Shown here: positions 27,185-39,061 of the stretch, one piece after another
How the letters are laid out: each line of letters begins with the position of its first letter
How positions within the stretch are numbered: the first letter of the stretch is position 1
Assembly (NCBI GenBank): GCA_050613775.1
Contig: JBODTK010000117.1
Coordinates: 62,001 to 126,000, forward strand
Reading direction: 5' to 3'
Length of the DNA: 64,000 nt
DNA from: Neocallimastix sp. 'constans'
Lineage: Eukaryota
Position numbers and translations under genes: made by a program
Notes under the pieces: generated by a model
What the model was told of the DNA's origin: nothing
Databases searched by the model: none
The model's input: the letters and a program-made list of their open reading frames with translations, nothing else

Positions 27185-28030
27185 TATATATTATATAATT
27201 ATAAAAGTGCATTAGAAGCAATAGTTTCTAACTTTTCCCATTCATCGATGATAATGCCGCATCCATTGTTACGAGTATTAATTTCAATATTAGTTTTATC
27301 AATTGAATCTGTTCCGCAATCCCCACAAAATACAGAACAGTCGAGGAAGTTGAATTTTGTTTAAAAATATTTTCAACTAATTGTATTTGTTCCACATCAT
27401 TAAGTTTAATTTTTTCATATACTGAACGTACTAGGAAGAGAATACACTTCTAGTGCTTTATTAAATAGATTAAAATATTTTTATGTATAACACTTTTTTA
27501 AAAAATTAAAGTTAGAACAAATGTATGTAAAAGATTAAGTAAAATAAAAAAAAAAAATTTAATGTAATAAAGAATAAAAATAAGTTCAAAAGTAAAAAAA
27601 AAAAAAAAAATTTCGGTGTGATGTATACTATGTGTAATAACATGATCACTAGTTAGATCTAAAATAATAAAACAAAAAAGTAACATCTTTAAAATAAATA
27701 GTGTGGTATCCACTAAACTCTCCCCTAAACCACAAGAAAGAACCTCAAAAATTGAATTACTTATTATAGGTAAATGTGAGAATTAACAGGACTTCTAACT
27801 GAACTATTCCTTTGCCATATCGGTACGACGTCAGCACTCTTGGTAATGAAAGTGTTTTTTGCTAAACCTCTCAAAAAGTAACTCAGAAGAGTTATTGATG
27901 ATTGATATTGTATTAACAAGATATTCCGCAAGCCCCACAATATACGGAACAGTAGATCCCTGTGAACTTTTTTGGAGTTGTTCACTTAAATGTCTCTCTG
28001 TTCCCCAGTATCGAATTGTAACTCATCTAA
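27185..28030 (-). pseudogene. Dispersed repeat family 1, longest copy: two tandem paralogous decayed coding modules (A ~27200-27450, B ~27680-28030)
   Basis: Minus-strand peptides YEKIKLNDVEQIQLVENIFKQNSTSSTVLYFVGIAE../TDSIDKTNIEINTRNNGCGIIIDEWEKLETIASNALL* and QGSTVPYIVGLAEYLVNTISIINNSSELLFERFSK/TKSADVVPIW, with frameshifts. DNA homologous to 17705-18113 and 50981-51395. Confidence 0.7.
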
Positions 28031-29178
28031 AGCTGAAATTCTACCAAGAAGAAATATATAAAATACCTGTTTATGAAGTTTTCATATTCTAAAATATTAG
28101 AATAAGAAGGAAGTAAGGAAAGACTATAAAAAAGATTCCCATCCGTTATATAATGTCTTAAACACAAGCTTTGGAATGAATTAATCTTCTTCATTTCCAT
28201 TTTGCAATAGCTATATGAGAGTTTAAATAAAACTATAGAAAAATACATATACAAAATAATGCTAAAGGAAAAAAAAAAAATACAATAGATTCATTACTAT
28301 GATAATATGTTGAAACAAAATGATATTATTTATTAATTATACAACTCCAATATTACTACATATCCAGTTTAAAACAATAAAAAACATCAGGTTCACTTTC
28401 TACAGTCTTCCAGTATTCCAATTTTCTCTCTTCGTACTAGAAGCCACTTTAGAAAGGATGTCCATCGATTATCGTCAGAATCACAGAAAGCTGTAATTAG
28501 TACACTTAATATAGGTTATTCCTTTTCCATCAACCCTCCATAGACCTGGAAAAACAGTCCACATCATTGGGGAAATAAATCAAGAAAAAAGTTCATATAA
28601 TGAACCTCACCTCCATATGAATTAGGGTTTGAATTAACTATCTAAAAGAAATTATGGTCTTCTCTTTCAGTGGCATTGGCCCTGCTAGCCTGTCTTACTG
28701 CATTTTCAGTGTTGACCCTCCATCATCAGAATTACAGAAAACTGTAATTAGTACATCTGATATATATATATTTCGTTTTATAGCCTCAATTACTATGAAC
28801 TTTAATCTTTATAAATAACTAAATAGCTAACTAACTAACTAACTAAATAATAAATAAATAAATAGATAAAAAAATAAAATAAATAAATCAAAAATAACAT
28901 AATCTCTTCAATAAAAAATCATTAAAAAAAAAAAAAAACTCCCAATGAATTACACACATAAGAATATTTATTTTTGTTTATATAAAATTTTTATTAAATT
29001 AATAAATATAAATTACTTTTATAAATAAAAATAATTTTTTTTTATAGTATAATAATAATATTATAATATGTTTTATGTTATATATGCAAATACATATGTA
29101 TATATGTACCTTTTTTTTTTTTTCAATTACTAATATAATATATCAAGATAAATTTAATAATTAATATATATAAAATAT

Positions 29179-29226
<48 letters not shown>

Positions 29227-29310
29227 GGGTTAGATCGTAAAAATATTTATTACGGATAATAAATATTAATAAATTAATAAATATTTAATTTTTAATTATT
29301 ATGCTTATAT

Positions 29311-32300
29311 TTAATTGGTATTATTGTTGTTATTCTTCTTCTTCTTGTTCTTTTTCTTTTTCTTTTCAGCACCATCATCATTAAGATTAGCAAAGGCGTT
29401 GACAGAAGCAGCGGAAACTTGGGTGGTATTATCATTATTCTTCTTTGGTTTGTTACCTTGTTTTTTTGTTGGAATTGAAATCCATTCATCTTCAGCTGGT
29501 TTTTCTTCAACAACTGGAGCTCTAGCAACTTCTCTTTCTTCAGTAACTTCAGATTCAGCTTCAGATTCAGGCTTTGCAGCAGCATTCTTCTTCTTCTTGT
29601 TCTTCTTCTTCTTCTTCTTTTGTTCTTCTGAGCCTGCAGCGGCAGCAGCTTCAGCTTCGGCAGCAGCAGCAAGAGCAGCTTCTTCTTCTTCTCTAGCTTT
29701 TCTTTCTTCTTCTTCTCTAGCAAGTCTTTCGGCTTCAGCAGCGGCAGCAGCTTCTTCTTCTTCTCTAGCCTTTTGTTCAGCGGCCTTCTTCTTCTTGTTC
29801 TTCTTCTTGTTCTTCTTCTTTTTAGCTGCAGATGTTTCAGCTTCAGCTTCAGCTTCATCTTCATCATTAGTTGGTGCGTTCTTCTTCTTACCAATAAGTT
29901 GCCATTCATTTTCATTTGTTTCCTTTTGTTGGTAGTTACGAATACCTAAGTAGTTCATAGCATTAGCTAATTCATCAACTAAAACATCAGAAGATTTTAA
30001 AATATTAATTTTCTTTTCGCTGTAACCTGGAATATATCTTTGACCATTATTACTATGCTTGTTTTCTTCAACTTGGGAAGAACTTTCACTGATGTTGTCT
30101 TCTTCATCATCTCCGAATTCTCTCTTAAGTTCTTCAACATTCTTTTTTATTAATTCAATACATTTCTTAACTTCTTTCTTGTCACCAACAATTTCAATAG
30201 TATCACTCTTAGAACGATTTCTTGGTGGGAAATTAATACGAACAGTCTTTCCAGAAGCCTTCTTAATACTTTCTAAGTTTTTACCTTTAGCACCAATAAG
30301 TCGTCCATGAAGATGATTTGGAACATCAATCTTTTCAGTAACTTCATTTTTATGTCTGTTATTAATTTCTTGGATAGCCTTAATACCGACATTTAAATCT
30401 TCCTGGGTTTTGGCAATAATTAAAATATTATTTTCATGTTCTTCTTCATCTCTTGAAGAATTAACAAATATCTTACATTTAGTTTCTTTTTCTAAACGGT
30501 TGATATTGCTACCACCACGACCAATAACTAAGGAACAGACAGTTGAATCTAATGATAATTGCTTAAATTCCTTAAAGTTTACAATTTCATGAAGTTTCTT
30601 TTCAGTGCTTTCTTTGTATGCTTCGGCAGATTTCTTATCACCATTAATTGTAATCTTTCCTGGAGCATAATTAATAAATAAACCATTTTGTCTACGATTC
30701 TTGCTGAATTGTTGGTTATTCATAATATATAAATATTGAAGTTCATTAAGTGGAACAGTAATAAGAGTACTAGATTTTTCAAGTATTTCCTTTTTAGCTC
30801 CTTCAATCTTTTCCATATCTAAACCAGAGATAGTAATTGGAACAAGATCAGAGTCAGTAGAGTCACGATGCATATCAACAGAAACTTCATATCTCTTTGA
30901 AAGAGCATTAATATTGGAACCCTTAGTACCAACAATTCTTGCAAGATCAGTTCTTGGAACAGAAATTTCAATTGAAACACGGTTCTTAACATCTTCAATA
31001 GCTTTTTCTACTAATTCTTTGAAGGCTTCGACACATTCATCAATATGTTCTCTTGGGGCACGAATTAGTACCCTATTTAATTCATCACCTTCTTCAAAAC
31101 CATATGGGAAATTAAAACGAACCTTTTCATTTCCAACACTATACTTGTTTGAAATTGTATCCATATCTAAACGGAATCTAGTGTTTAATGCTCTGTGAAC
31201 GTTTCTTGGAACTTCCACTTCACGAGTAAGGATAATAGTACTTTCATTAACAATTCTCATAATTTGTTTCTTTGCCTCTTCACAACCCTTTTTAGTACCC
31301 TTGATAACAATTTTAACATCACCTTCGTCATCAATTTCATCTTCATCATCATCATCAAAGTCAATTCTAGTATTTGTAGAATCTTTAATCTTACCAATAA
31401 CAGAACCTTTAATACCAACAATCTTACCAATAACAAGTCTTGGAACATCAAAACTAATTTCATGAGAATTATCAATAATGGTCTTAACTTGATCAAGAAC
31501 AACTTGTTTAGCCTTTTCTACGTCACCTTTAAGACCTCTAATTGTAATTTTGTTATGGTTTCTATCTTTAATTTTTTTTTCATAATCTTCATCGTCTTCA
31601 TCGACTTTGTTTGGGAAGAAGAACTGTACATTATACTTTTTCTTAATTTCATTAATATTCTTACCTCCGGTTCCAATTAATAAACTGTGATATTTATTGT
31701 CGACTTCAATATCTTCATTGATTGTATCAAGAATTTCCTTGGCACGTTCAGATACTAATTTGACAACATGAGGAATTAAATGTCTATGACCAGTACAAGT
31801 AATGACATCTTTATCATTTTCCTCTTTGATATCAAATTTCATCATATTTAATTCATCGTCAGTGATTTCATGCTTATTGCCAACCTTTTCCTTTAAAGCT
31901 TCAACTAACCAATTTTGAACATGAGCACCACCAACAATACGACGACCAATACCTTTACCAATAGTAACTACTTCAGTGAATCTGTTCATGAAATCGAAAT
32001 GCTTTTGAGATTCAACAGCAGCCTTAAGATCATTAATGGCTTCAACAACATCCTTTTCTGGACCACTAACAGTAATGGTAGAATCGTTACCCTTAGCATC
32101 CTTGTGTGGGAATCTAACCATAATAGTATTATTATATTTGGCTCTTAATTCCTTGATAGCTGAACCACCAGTACCAATTAAAGATCCATGATACTTTGGA
32201 TCAATATCAATAGTTTGAGAGACCATATTAGCAAGTCTATCAGCACTTTCAGAGATGTCACTTTTAATTTTATCTAATAAATCAGCAATGGAACTCTTAG

Positions 32301-33807
32301 CCATATTCTTTCCATCTACAATAATTACAATTTCATCTGATTCTTCTTTTTCGTTTGGTATAATGATATCTACAAGTTTATCATCGTACTTAGATTTAAT
32401 TTTATTAATGTTCTTGGCGTTCTTTCCAATAATGTGAGAATGAACACCATGAGGAATTTCAATGGTATCATATTCAAAAGTCTTGCATTTTTTGAGACTT
32501 TCTGCAAATGCTTTAGCAGCAGCTTCGGTATTCTTCTTGTTCTTACCGTTTACTTCAAGTGTATTTGGTGAATTTTGATTTTCACGAATATTAATAATAA
32601 CATCATGCTTTTCTTCGAAAGCCTTAATGTTTTGCCATTCTTTAGTGTAAAGATACTTTCTGAAGAATTGGTTGTTAGATGAATCGTTAACAAAATCAGA
32701 AATATCTATGTCTTCAATAAATTGAGAATTAGCTTTTTCTGTAATTAACTTTAAGGCTATTGGTAAGTTTTCTGGTGGACCACGAATAATAATCTTTTCA
32801 CTTTTTTCCTTTTGTAATGGCAATTCAACACCACAACCGGTACTCTTTAGAATATCTTGAAGATTCTTTCCCTTTGGACCAATGATAAATTGATGTTGCT
32901 TTTTGTTGCAAGTAAAAACTAATTCATCAGTCTTATGCTTTAGTTCGTCATAAATACTTTTAATCTTATCAAAAGCAAGATTAGTAGCAGCTTTGGTACC
33001 AGTAATAGAAATTTCTTCTGGATCAAAAGCCTTTTCATTCGTGAAATATGGTGGAATACGAACTCTGGCACCAGTTTCTTCTTGAATTAATTGTAAGTTA
33101 GAATTATCTGGACCAGCAATGATCATATGGTAAGATCTTGGAATCTTAATAGTTTGTCTGTAACGATTAGCATGTTTGTTTATAATCTTTTCAATACTTT
33201 CCTTAGCTAATTCAATACCAGCTCTATCACCAGTAATCTTCAAGTTTTGTTCTTCTTCATCATCAATTTCATCTTCATTTGGTAAACGTTGTGGCATTTC
33301 AATATTGGTCTTGGTATCAGCCATAATAGCCTTAATGGTGGATCCCTTTTGACCAACAATGAATTTTCTTACAGAGTATGGGAATGGGAAATAATCAACA
33401 ACTTCAGAGCAGATTCCAGAATAAATTTCTCTCTTGGCAGCTTTTACATCTTCTTCTCTACCCTTAAGAATAATAGTTACGGTACCGGATTTGTTTTGAA
33501 TAGATACATCAATTTGAACTGGGATATTCTTTTTAACCTTATTACAAACTTCAGAAGTTTTAGAACCACCAATAACTTCTTTTTTTAAATCAGCTGAACT
33601 AATAGTTAAATTTTCAATAACAGTATTGTTGTAAAGAGGCTTGTATGGTTTGAAAGATCTATTTGGTAATGGTTTACCAGAGGTTGGTAATGCTGGGAAA
33701 GATTCATCAAAAGAATTAATCTTTTTAGTCTTCTTTGGAGAAGACGCTTCAATAATAGCATATTGGTCTTCCAACTCTTGTGGAATATCAGAAATTGAGG
33801 CCATCAT
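29311..33807 (-). CDS. SCP160: Vigilin / Scp160 / Vgl1-like multi-KH-domain RNA-binding protein, 1498 aa, intronless
   Basis: N-terminal FDESFPALP motif followed by more than ten KH repeats with GxxG loops (IVGQKGSTI, IIGPKGKNL, LIGTGGSAI, LIGTGGKNI, IVGIKGSVI, IVGTKGSNI, VIGRGGSNI, LIGAKGKNL), then a Lys/Glu/Ala-rich tail. Confidence 0.9.
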   Translation of the reverse strand: MMASISDIPQELEDQYAIIEASSPKKTKKINSFDESFPALPTSGKPLPNRSFKPYKPLYNNTVIENLTISSADLKKEVIGGSKTSEVCNKVKKNIPVQIDVSIQNKSGTVTIILKGREEDVKAAKREIYSGICSEVVDYFPFPYSVRKFIVGQKGSTIKAIMADTKTNIEMPQRLPNEDEIDDEEEQNLKITGDRAGIELAKESIEKIINKHANRYRQTIKIPRSYHMIIAGPDNSNLQLIQEETGARVRIPPYFTNEKAFDPEEISITGTKAATNLAFDKIKSIYDELKHKTDELVFTCNKKQHQFIIGPKGKNLQDILKSTGCGVELPLQKEKSEKIIIRGPPENLPIALKLITEKANSQFIEDIDISDFVNDSSNNQFFRKYLYTKEWQNIKAFEEKHDVIINIRENQNSPNTLEVNGKNKKNTEAAAKAFAESLKKCKTFEYDTIEIPHGVHSHIIGKNAKNINKIKSKYDDKLVDIIIPNEKEESDEIVIIVDGKNMAKSSIADLLDKIKSDISESADRLANMVSQTIDIDPKYHGSLIGTGGSAIKELRAKYNNTIMVRFPHKDAKGNDSTITVSGPEKDVVEAINDLKAAVESQKHFDFMNRFTEVVTIGKGIGRRIVGGAHVQNWLVEALKEKVGNKHEITDDELNMMKFDIKEENDKDVITCTGHRHLIPHVVKLVSERAKEILDTINEDIEVDNKYHSLLIGTGGKNINEIKKKYNVQFFFPNKVDEDDEDYEKKIKDRNHNKITIRGLKGDVEKAKQVVLDQVKTIIDNSHEISFDVPRLVIGKIVGIKGSVIGKIKDSTNTRIDFDDDDEDEIDDEGDVKIVIKGTKKGCEEAKKQIMRIVNESTIILTREVEVPRNVHRALNTRFRLDMDTISNKYSVGNEKVRFNFPYGFEEGDELNRVLIRAPREHIDECVEAFKELVEKAIEDVKNRVSIEISVPRTDLARIVGTKGSNINALSKRYEVSVDMHRDSTDSDLVPITISGLDMEKIEGAKKEILEKSSTLITVPLNELQYLYIMNNQQFSKNRRQNGLFINYAPGKITINGDKKSAEAYKESTEKKLHEIVNFKEFKQLSLDSTVCSLVIGRGGSNINRLEKETKCKIFVNSSRDEEEHENNILIIAKTQEDLNVGIKAIQEINNRHKNEVTEKIDVPNHLHGRLIGAKGKNLESIKKASGKTVRINFPPRNRSKSDTIEIVGDKKEVKKCIELIKKNVEELKREFGDDEEDNISESSSQVEENKHSNNGQRYIPGYSEKKINILKSSDVLVDELANAMNYLGIRNYQQKETNENEWQLIGKKKNAPTNDEDEAEAEAETSAAKKKKNKKKNKKKKAAEQKAREEEEAAAAAEAERLAREEEERKAREEEEAALAAAAEAEAAAAAGSEEQKKKKKKNKKKKNAAAKPESEAESEVTEEREVARAPVVEEKPAEDEWISIPTKKQGNKPKKNNDNTTQVSAASVNAFANLNDDGAEKKKKKNKKKKNNNNNTN

Positions 33808-34355
33808 TTTTATAAATTTAATAAACGAATCTATTACAATTTAATTTACAATAAACAAAAAATATTTGATTGTTAAAATGAATAATTATTTAATAATTTT
33901 TATACAATAATTATATCCTTTTCACTTAAAATTTATTACTTTTAATTTTTATATATATATAAATATATATATTTAAATTATTATTATTATTGTATATATT
34001 ATTAAATTATTACTAATTTATTTAAAAATTGTTTTTGTAATAAAAATAAAAGAATATTTATATTTTATTCTATTATAATTTGTATTCACATCTCTTTTAT
34101 CTTTCTAGTTTTATCATTATTTATCCATTTATTATTATTTATTATATCATATTTTTGACTATTGTTCAAAATTTTGAAGATATCTAGTATTTTATAAATA
34201 AAACTATAAAAAAATAAATAAAATAAAATAAAACACCAAAATATTTTATTATACCTTATAGTTAAAAATCAAGTATGTAAAAGTTTCTTAAAATAAAGTA
34301 AATAAAATCAGCATTAAGCTAAAAAAGTTAAAGAAAATAAATTTAATTTTTTCTT

Positions 34356-34403
<48 letters not shown>

Positions 34404-36499
34404 CACAAAGGGATTGGTGTTAGATTATAAGAAATATAGATTATATTTATAAATGAAAAATTAAAAATTTATTAGTTTTTCCTTTTTTAAAAAAGTATAT
34501 ATTTATTTTAAAGGTATATTTATGATTTTTTAATTATTGTCTATTTTCTTTTTATATTTCTATTTTATATATTTTCCATAAATAAATATTTTATAATAAA
34601 ATTTGATATTATTTCATTTTAAAATAATATTCAAATTTATTTTTGAACTTTAATTTAAATATCAAAAATATTTATTAATGTATATATAATATATTATTTT
34701 TCGTTATTATATATAATATATAAAATATAAATACTTTTTATAAAATATTTAAAATTTATTCATGATATAAAAAAAATTTTTTATTATATTTATTTAATAC
34801 AGTTATTTCCAATTTTTTCATTCTTTTTACTTATTTTAAAAATATATATTTCTTAGATAAGAATTATATAATATTATTTTCATTGATTAATGATGAAAAT
34901 AATAATCATTCCTGCAATTTCTAAAACAAAAATTTTTATTATCTTCATTTTATTATTTTTATCATATTCCTTATCAAAAAAAAAAAAAAAACCTTTCCTT
35001 CACCTTTCTTTCACCTTTTTTTTTTTTTTTTATAATTATTAATTTTCTTATAATTACCGTTTATTTACTTTAAAAAAATTTATTCAACAACGAAATAAAA
35101 TATTATTTATTAAATAATAACATACCTTTAACTAACAAATATAAATTGATAAAAAATTATTTCTTCTATAATTAATTTTAAATTGTATTCTTTTCTTTTT
35201 GTATAATGATAATAAAAATATTTTATTAGTTATTCAATCTATATTTTAAATGTTTAGATTATTCAAATAATGAAATATATATATTATATTACCTTTATTA
35301 ATGGATTAATTAAAATAAAAACTAAAATTTTCTTTTGATATAAAGAATAAAAAAAACTATTCTTTTGAAATTTTAGTTTTGAATTCAATATTATATTAGA
35401 TAATAAAATTTATATATTGAAATAATAGATATACTTCTCAAGTTTTAATTAATAATAATTTATAATTAAAACTATTTTCTTTTTTTGATTTTCAAATATT
35501 AAATGATATTAAATATAGAAGATTAATATTTTTAAAAGATAAAGAAAAAAAAAAAAGAAAGAAAGAAATGAAAAGAATTTTATAAAATTTTAAAAATTAT
35601 AGATAAAGAATTAAGCATAAATTAATTAAAGTTTTTTTTTAATAAAAAATTTTTAATATATTTAAAATTTAATAAGGATATATTAATATATAATAAAAAA
35701 TGTTAATAATAATCAATATATCATATAAAAAATTATGATTATTAATCAATTCCTACAGTAATATAATATTGTGAAAAAATAAAAATTATTAAACAATCAT
35801 TATAGTTATATAAAATATATAAGTTAATTGATTTAATTAAATTATTATTGTTATTATTATTTAATTAAATAAAAAATATTAATTAACATATATATATTAA
35901 ATATTACATATGAATAAATATTTATATTTATACATATAATAATCAAATAATTATAAAAAAAAGTAGATTAATTTATTTATAATTTATAAAATTTTTATAT
36001 ATATCCTATTAAAGTTTAATAAGGGAGTGACTTTAGTTTAAATATGATGGTTTAAAATAATTAAAGACTGATTTAAAAGAAATTAATCTTTTATAATTCT
36101 ATTTTATATATAATTTAATATGATTTAAAATAATTAAAGACTGATTAAATTTCTATATCATATTTAAGTTAATTAATTTTTTAATTTTTAAAATCATTAT
36201 AAAGTTCTTTAACAGTTCTATATCATCATATTGGAAAGAATTAAGAATAACTAAAATCTATAAATATGTGATTGTTAATATAGATAAAAATATAAATATT
36301 AAATTAATATATGCTGTTAACTAAATAAAAAGTATTAAAACTATATATATATAATAAATTTGTTAATAAAATTTCATTTTTTCTTAGTATAAATTATTAT
36401 TATTTAAATTAATTAAACAATTATTAACATTTTCATTTATTTCATTTTTTAAAATTATAATTATTATTATATGGACGGACATACTTAAAGTATATATAA

Positions 36500-36675
36500 T
36501 AATTATTACATTTTTTTTAAATATATCATTAGTATAATTTTTTACAATAATAAAATTTGATATGAGTTTTTATTAAAATTAAAAATATATATAATAATTA
36601 TTGTATTTTTTTTAAATATATCATTAGCATTTTATTTTACAATAATAAAATTTGATATGACTTTTTATTAAAAAA
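36500..36675. repeat. Tandem duplication, ~95-bp unit, two copies
   Basis: TTTTTTTTAAATATATCATTAG...TTTTACAATAATAAAATTTGATATGA.TTTTTATTAAAA occurs twice. Confidence 0.75.
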
Positions 36676-37813
36676 AAAGTTATATATATTTATTTTACAA
36701 ATTTTTTTAATTTATTAATTACTATAAATTTTTATTTAAAAAAAAAGAAAAAGGAAAAGCAAAAAAAAAAAAAAAAAAAAAATCAATTTATAATGAAATT
36801 AAAAAATTCATATATATTTTCATATTAATTATAAAGATATAAAAATATAAAAATATATTTAATTAAAAGTTGTTTAATATATAGATTAATTAATTTATTT
36901 TTTTTTTTTTTTTTTAAATTTTATTAATAGTGTTTAATTAAAATTAATTAATATATTAATAATATTATAAACTTAACCAAATTAATGAATAAAAGTAATT
37001 TAATTAAAAAATTTTTGTTTAAAAGTTACAATATTACTATTTTTTTTAAAATATTTACAAAGTTTAAATAAATAAGTATATAAAAACATATAATAATAGA
37101 AATAATTAATACAATGAAATTTTTGCGTTACGTATAATCTTAATTATATAATTGATTTATTATTTTTTTAAATAAAAAATTTTTTTAACAATTTTACTTA
37201 CTAATTTTATAATATATATGCTATTTTTTATATTTTATTATATTTTATTTTATTTTATTTTATTTTATTATTATTTTTTTTTTAAAAAAAAAAAAAAGAA
37301 AGAAGATACCTTTCTTAATAAATATATGAAATAACATAAAAATAATTAAATTTAAAGTAGTTTATATAGATGGAATGAAATATTGTTTATTATATTTTAT
37401 GGTAATAATAAATAATATCGATCTATGGTTTATTATTTGTATTATTATTAAAGTCATAATTGAATATGGTATTTAATATTCATCCTCTATTATGATATTT
37501 CACTTTAAAGTGAAATATAAAAAATATATATATTTCTTCTAACAAACACTTATATTATATTATATTATATTATATTATTTTTTTTACTTCTTATATTACT
37601 TTTATTTTTACTTTTAACCACATATTTTTTTTTTTTTTTAAAAAAAATAATTATTTCATAAATTATAAAAAATTCATATATTTATTTCATTGTAGTATTT
37701 TTTTTTTTTTTTTTTTTTTGAAAAAAAAAATTATTTCATAAATAATAAAAATTTCATGATGATAATATATATATAATAGAATAATTTTCTATAAAACATA
37801 TATTGTACTATAA

Positions 37814-37844
<31 letters not shown>

Positions 37845-38366
37845 AAAATGATAATTAAAAATAAAGTAATGTTATAGATTCAAATTTATGGGAAGTTTAT
37901 ATATATATTTAAGTCATTTAAGAAGGAACTATATTAAATATACAAAGATGATAATTTAAATATATATATATATATTATCATTATTATTAAATAATTAATT
38001 TTGGTGAAATGATATCGTGAATATTTTTTTTTAAATTTATGGAACAAAAAAAAAATAATTTTTAACAAAAATAGGCATTTAAATATTAAAATATTAACTA
38101 ATTGTATAAAATGTATATTACAAAATATTAAAATTATAAAAATTATAAATTATATTAATTATTTTTATAGAATATTAATTTTGTACTAATAATTTTATCT
38201 ATAATAATTTTTTTTATTAATATTTAATATATGAATAGAAATTTCGATATTTTTTTAAGATAAAAATGAACTATATTACTTATACTAAACATGAATAAAT
38301 CATAATTAATCATTATTTTGTGATATAAATTATATTAAAAAGATATTTATGCTAGATTATAAATTG

Positions 38367-38590
38367 TTAGTGCAGAGGGTACTTGATCTGTGAAAGAATT
38401 AATGTAGTTGTTACTCATTGACGGTCGTACAAAACGGCATATAGGGAACGTCTTTTCATGTTAGTCTTGCTTAGAGAGAGGTCCTCATTAACGCCGAAAA
38501 GGTATAGCAAATAATCCACTGAAAGTCTTATACATTTAAGGGAGAGACTGGAGGTCCTATTGTCCTCCCTTCTCATTAATCCCAGTATTT
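38367..38590. repeat. Dispersed repeat family 2, copy 1
   Basis: TTAGTGCAGAGGGTACTTGATCTGTGAAAGAATTAATGTAGTTGT and GTCTTTTCATGTTAGTCTTGCTTAGAGAGAGGTCC align with 62398-62562 in the same orientation. Confidence 0.7.
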
Positions 38591-38979
38591 AAAAAAAAAA
38601 AAAAAAGAAGTTCACAATTTGTATTTATGTTGAAATTATAATAATTACTTTCTTTTTTATTAAATGATGCAATCTTTAATTATGCATATTATCATGATAT
38701 TAAGATTATTTCTACCATGTATGGAAAAATTTAATTAGGATTACAAATAATTTAAAATTTTTAAACTTTAATAAATAAATTGCTTTTTTTATATTAATTT
38801 TTTTAATAGGTTTTTGATGATGGAATAATATGATTGGATTATTTTTAAAATTACCAAATGTTACATCCTTTTTTATTTTTATTTTTGATATAAAAATTAA
38901 AAAAGTAATTCATAATAAATTATTAGTAAATAAAAAAATAATAAATATTAATTAATTAATTAATTATTTATATATATAT

Positions 38980-38982
<3 letters not shown>

Positions 38983-39059
<77 letters not shown>

Positions 39060-39061
39060 AT
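38983..39061. repeat. (AAAT)n microsatellite
   Basis: Perfect tetranucleotide run. Confidence 0.9.

Noticed and set aside
29292..33844. Alternative-frame and antisense ORFs overlapping vigilin, including 29292-29915 (-) and 29315-29935 (+)
   Set aside because: By-products of codon bias and repetitive K/E/A codons; no domain features.
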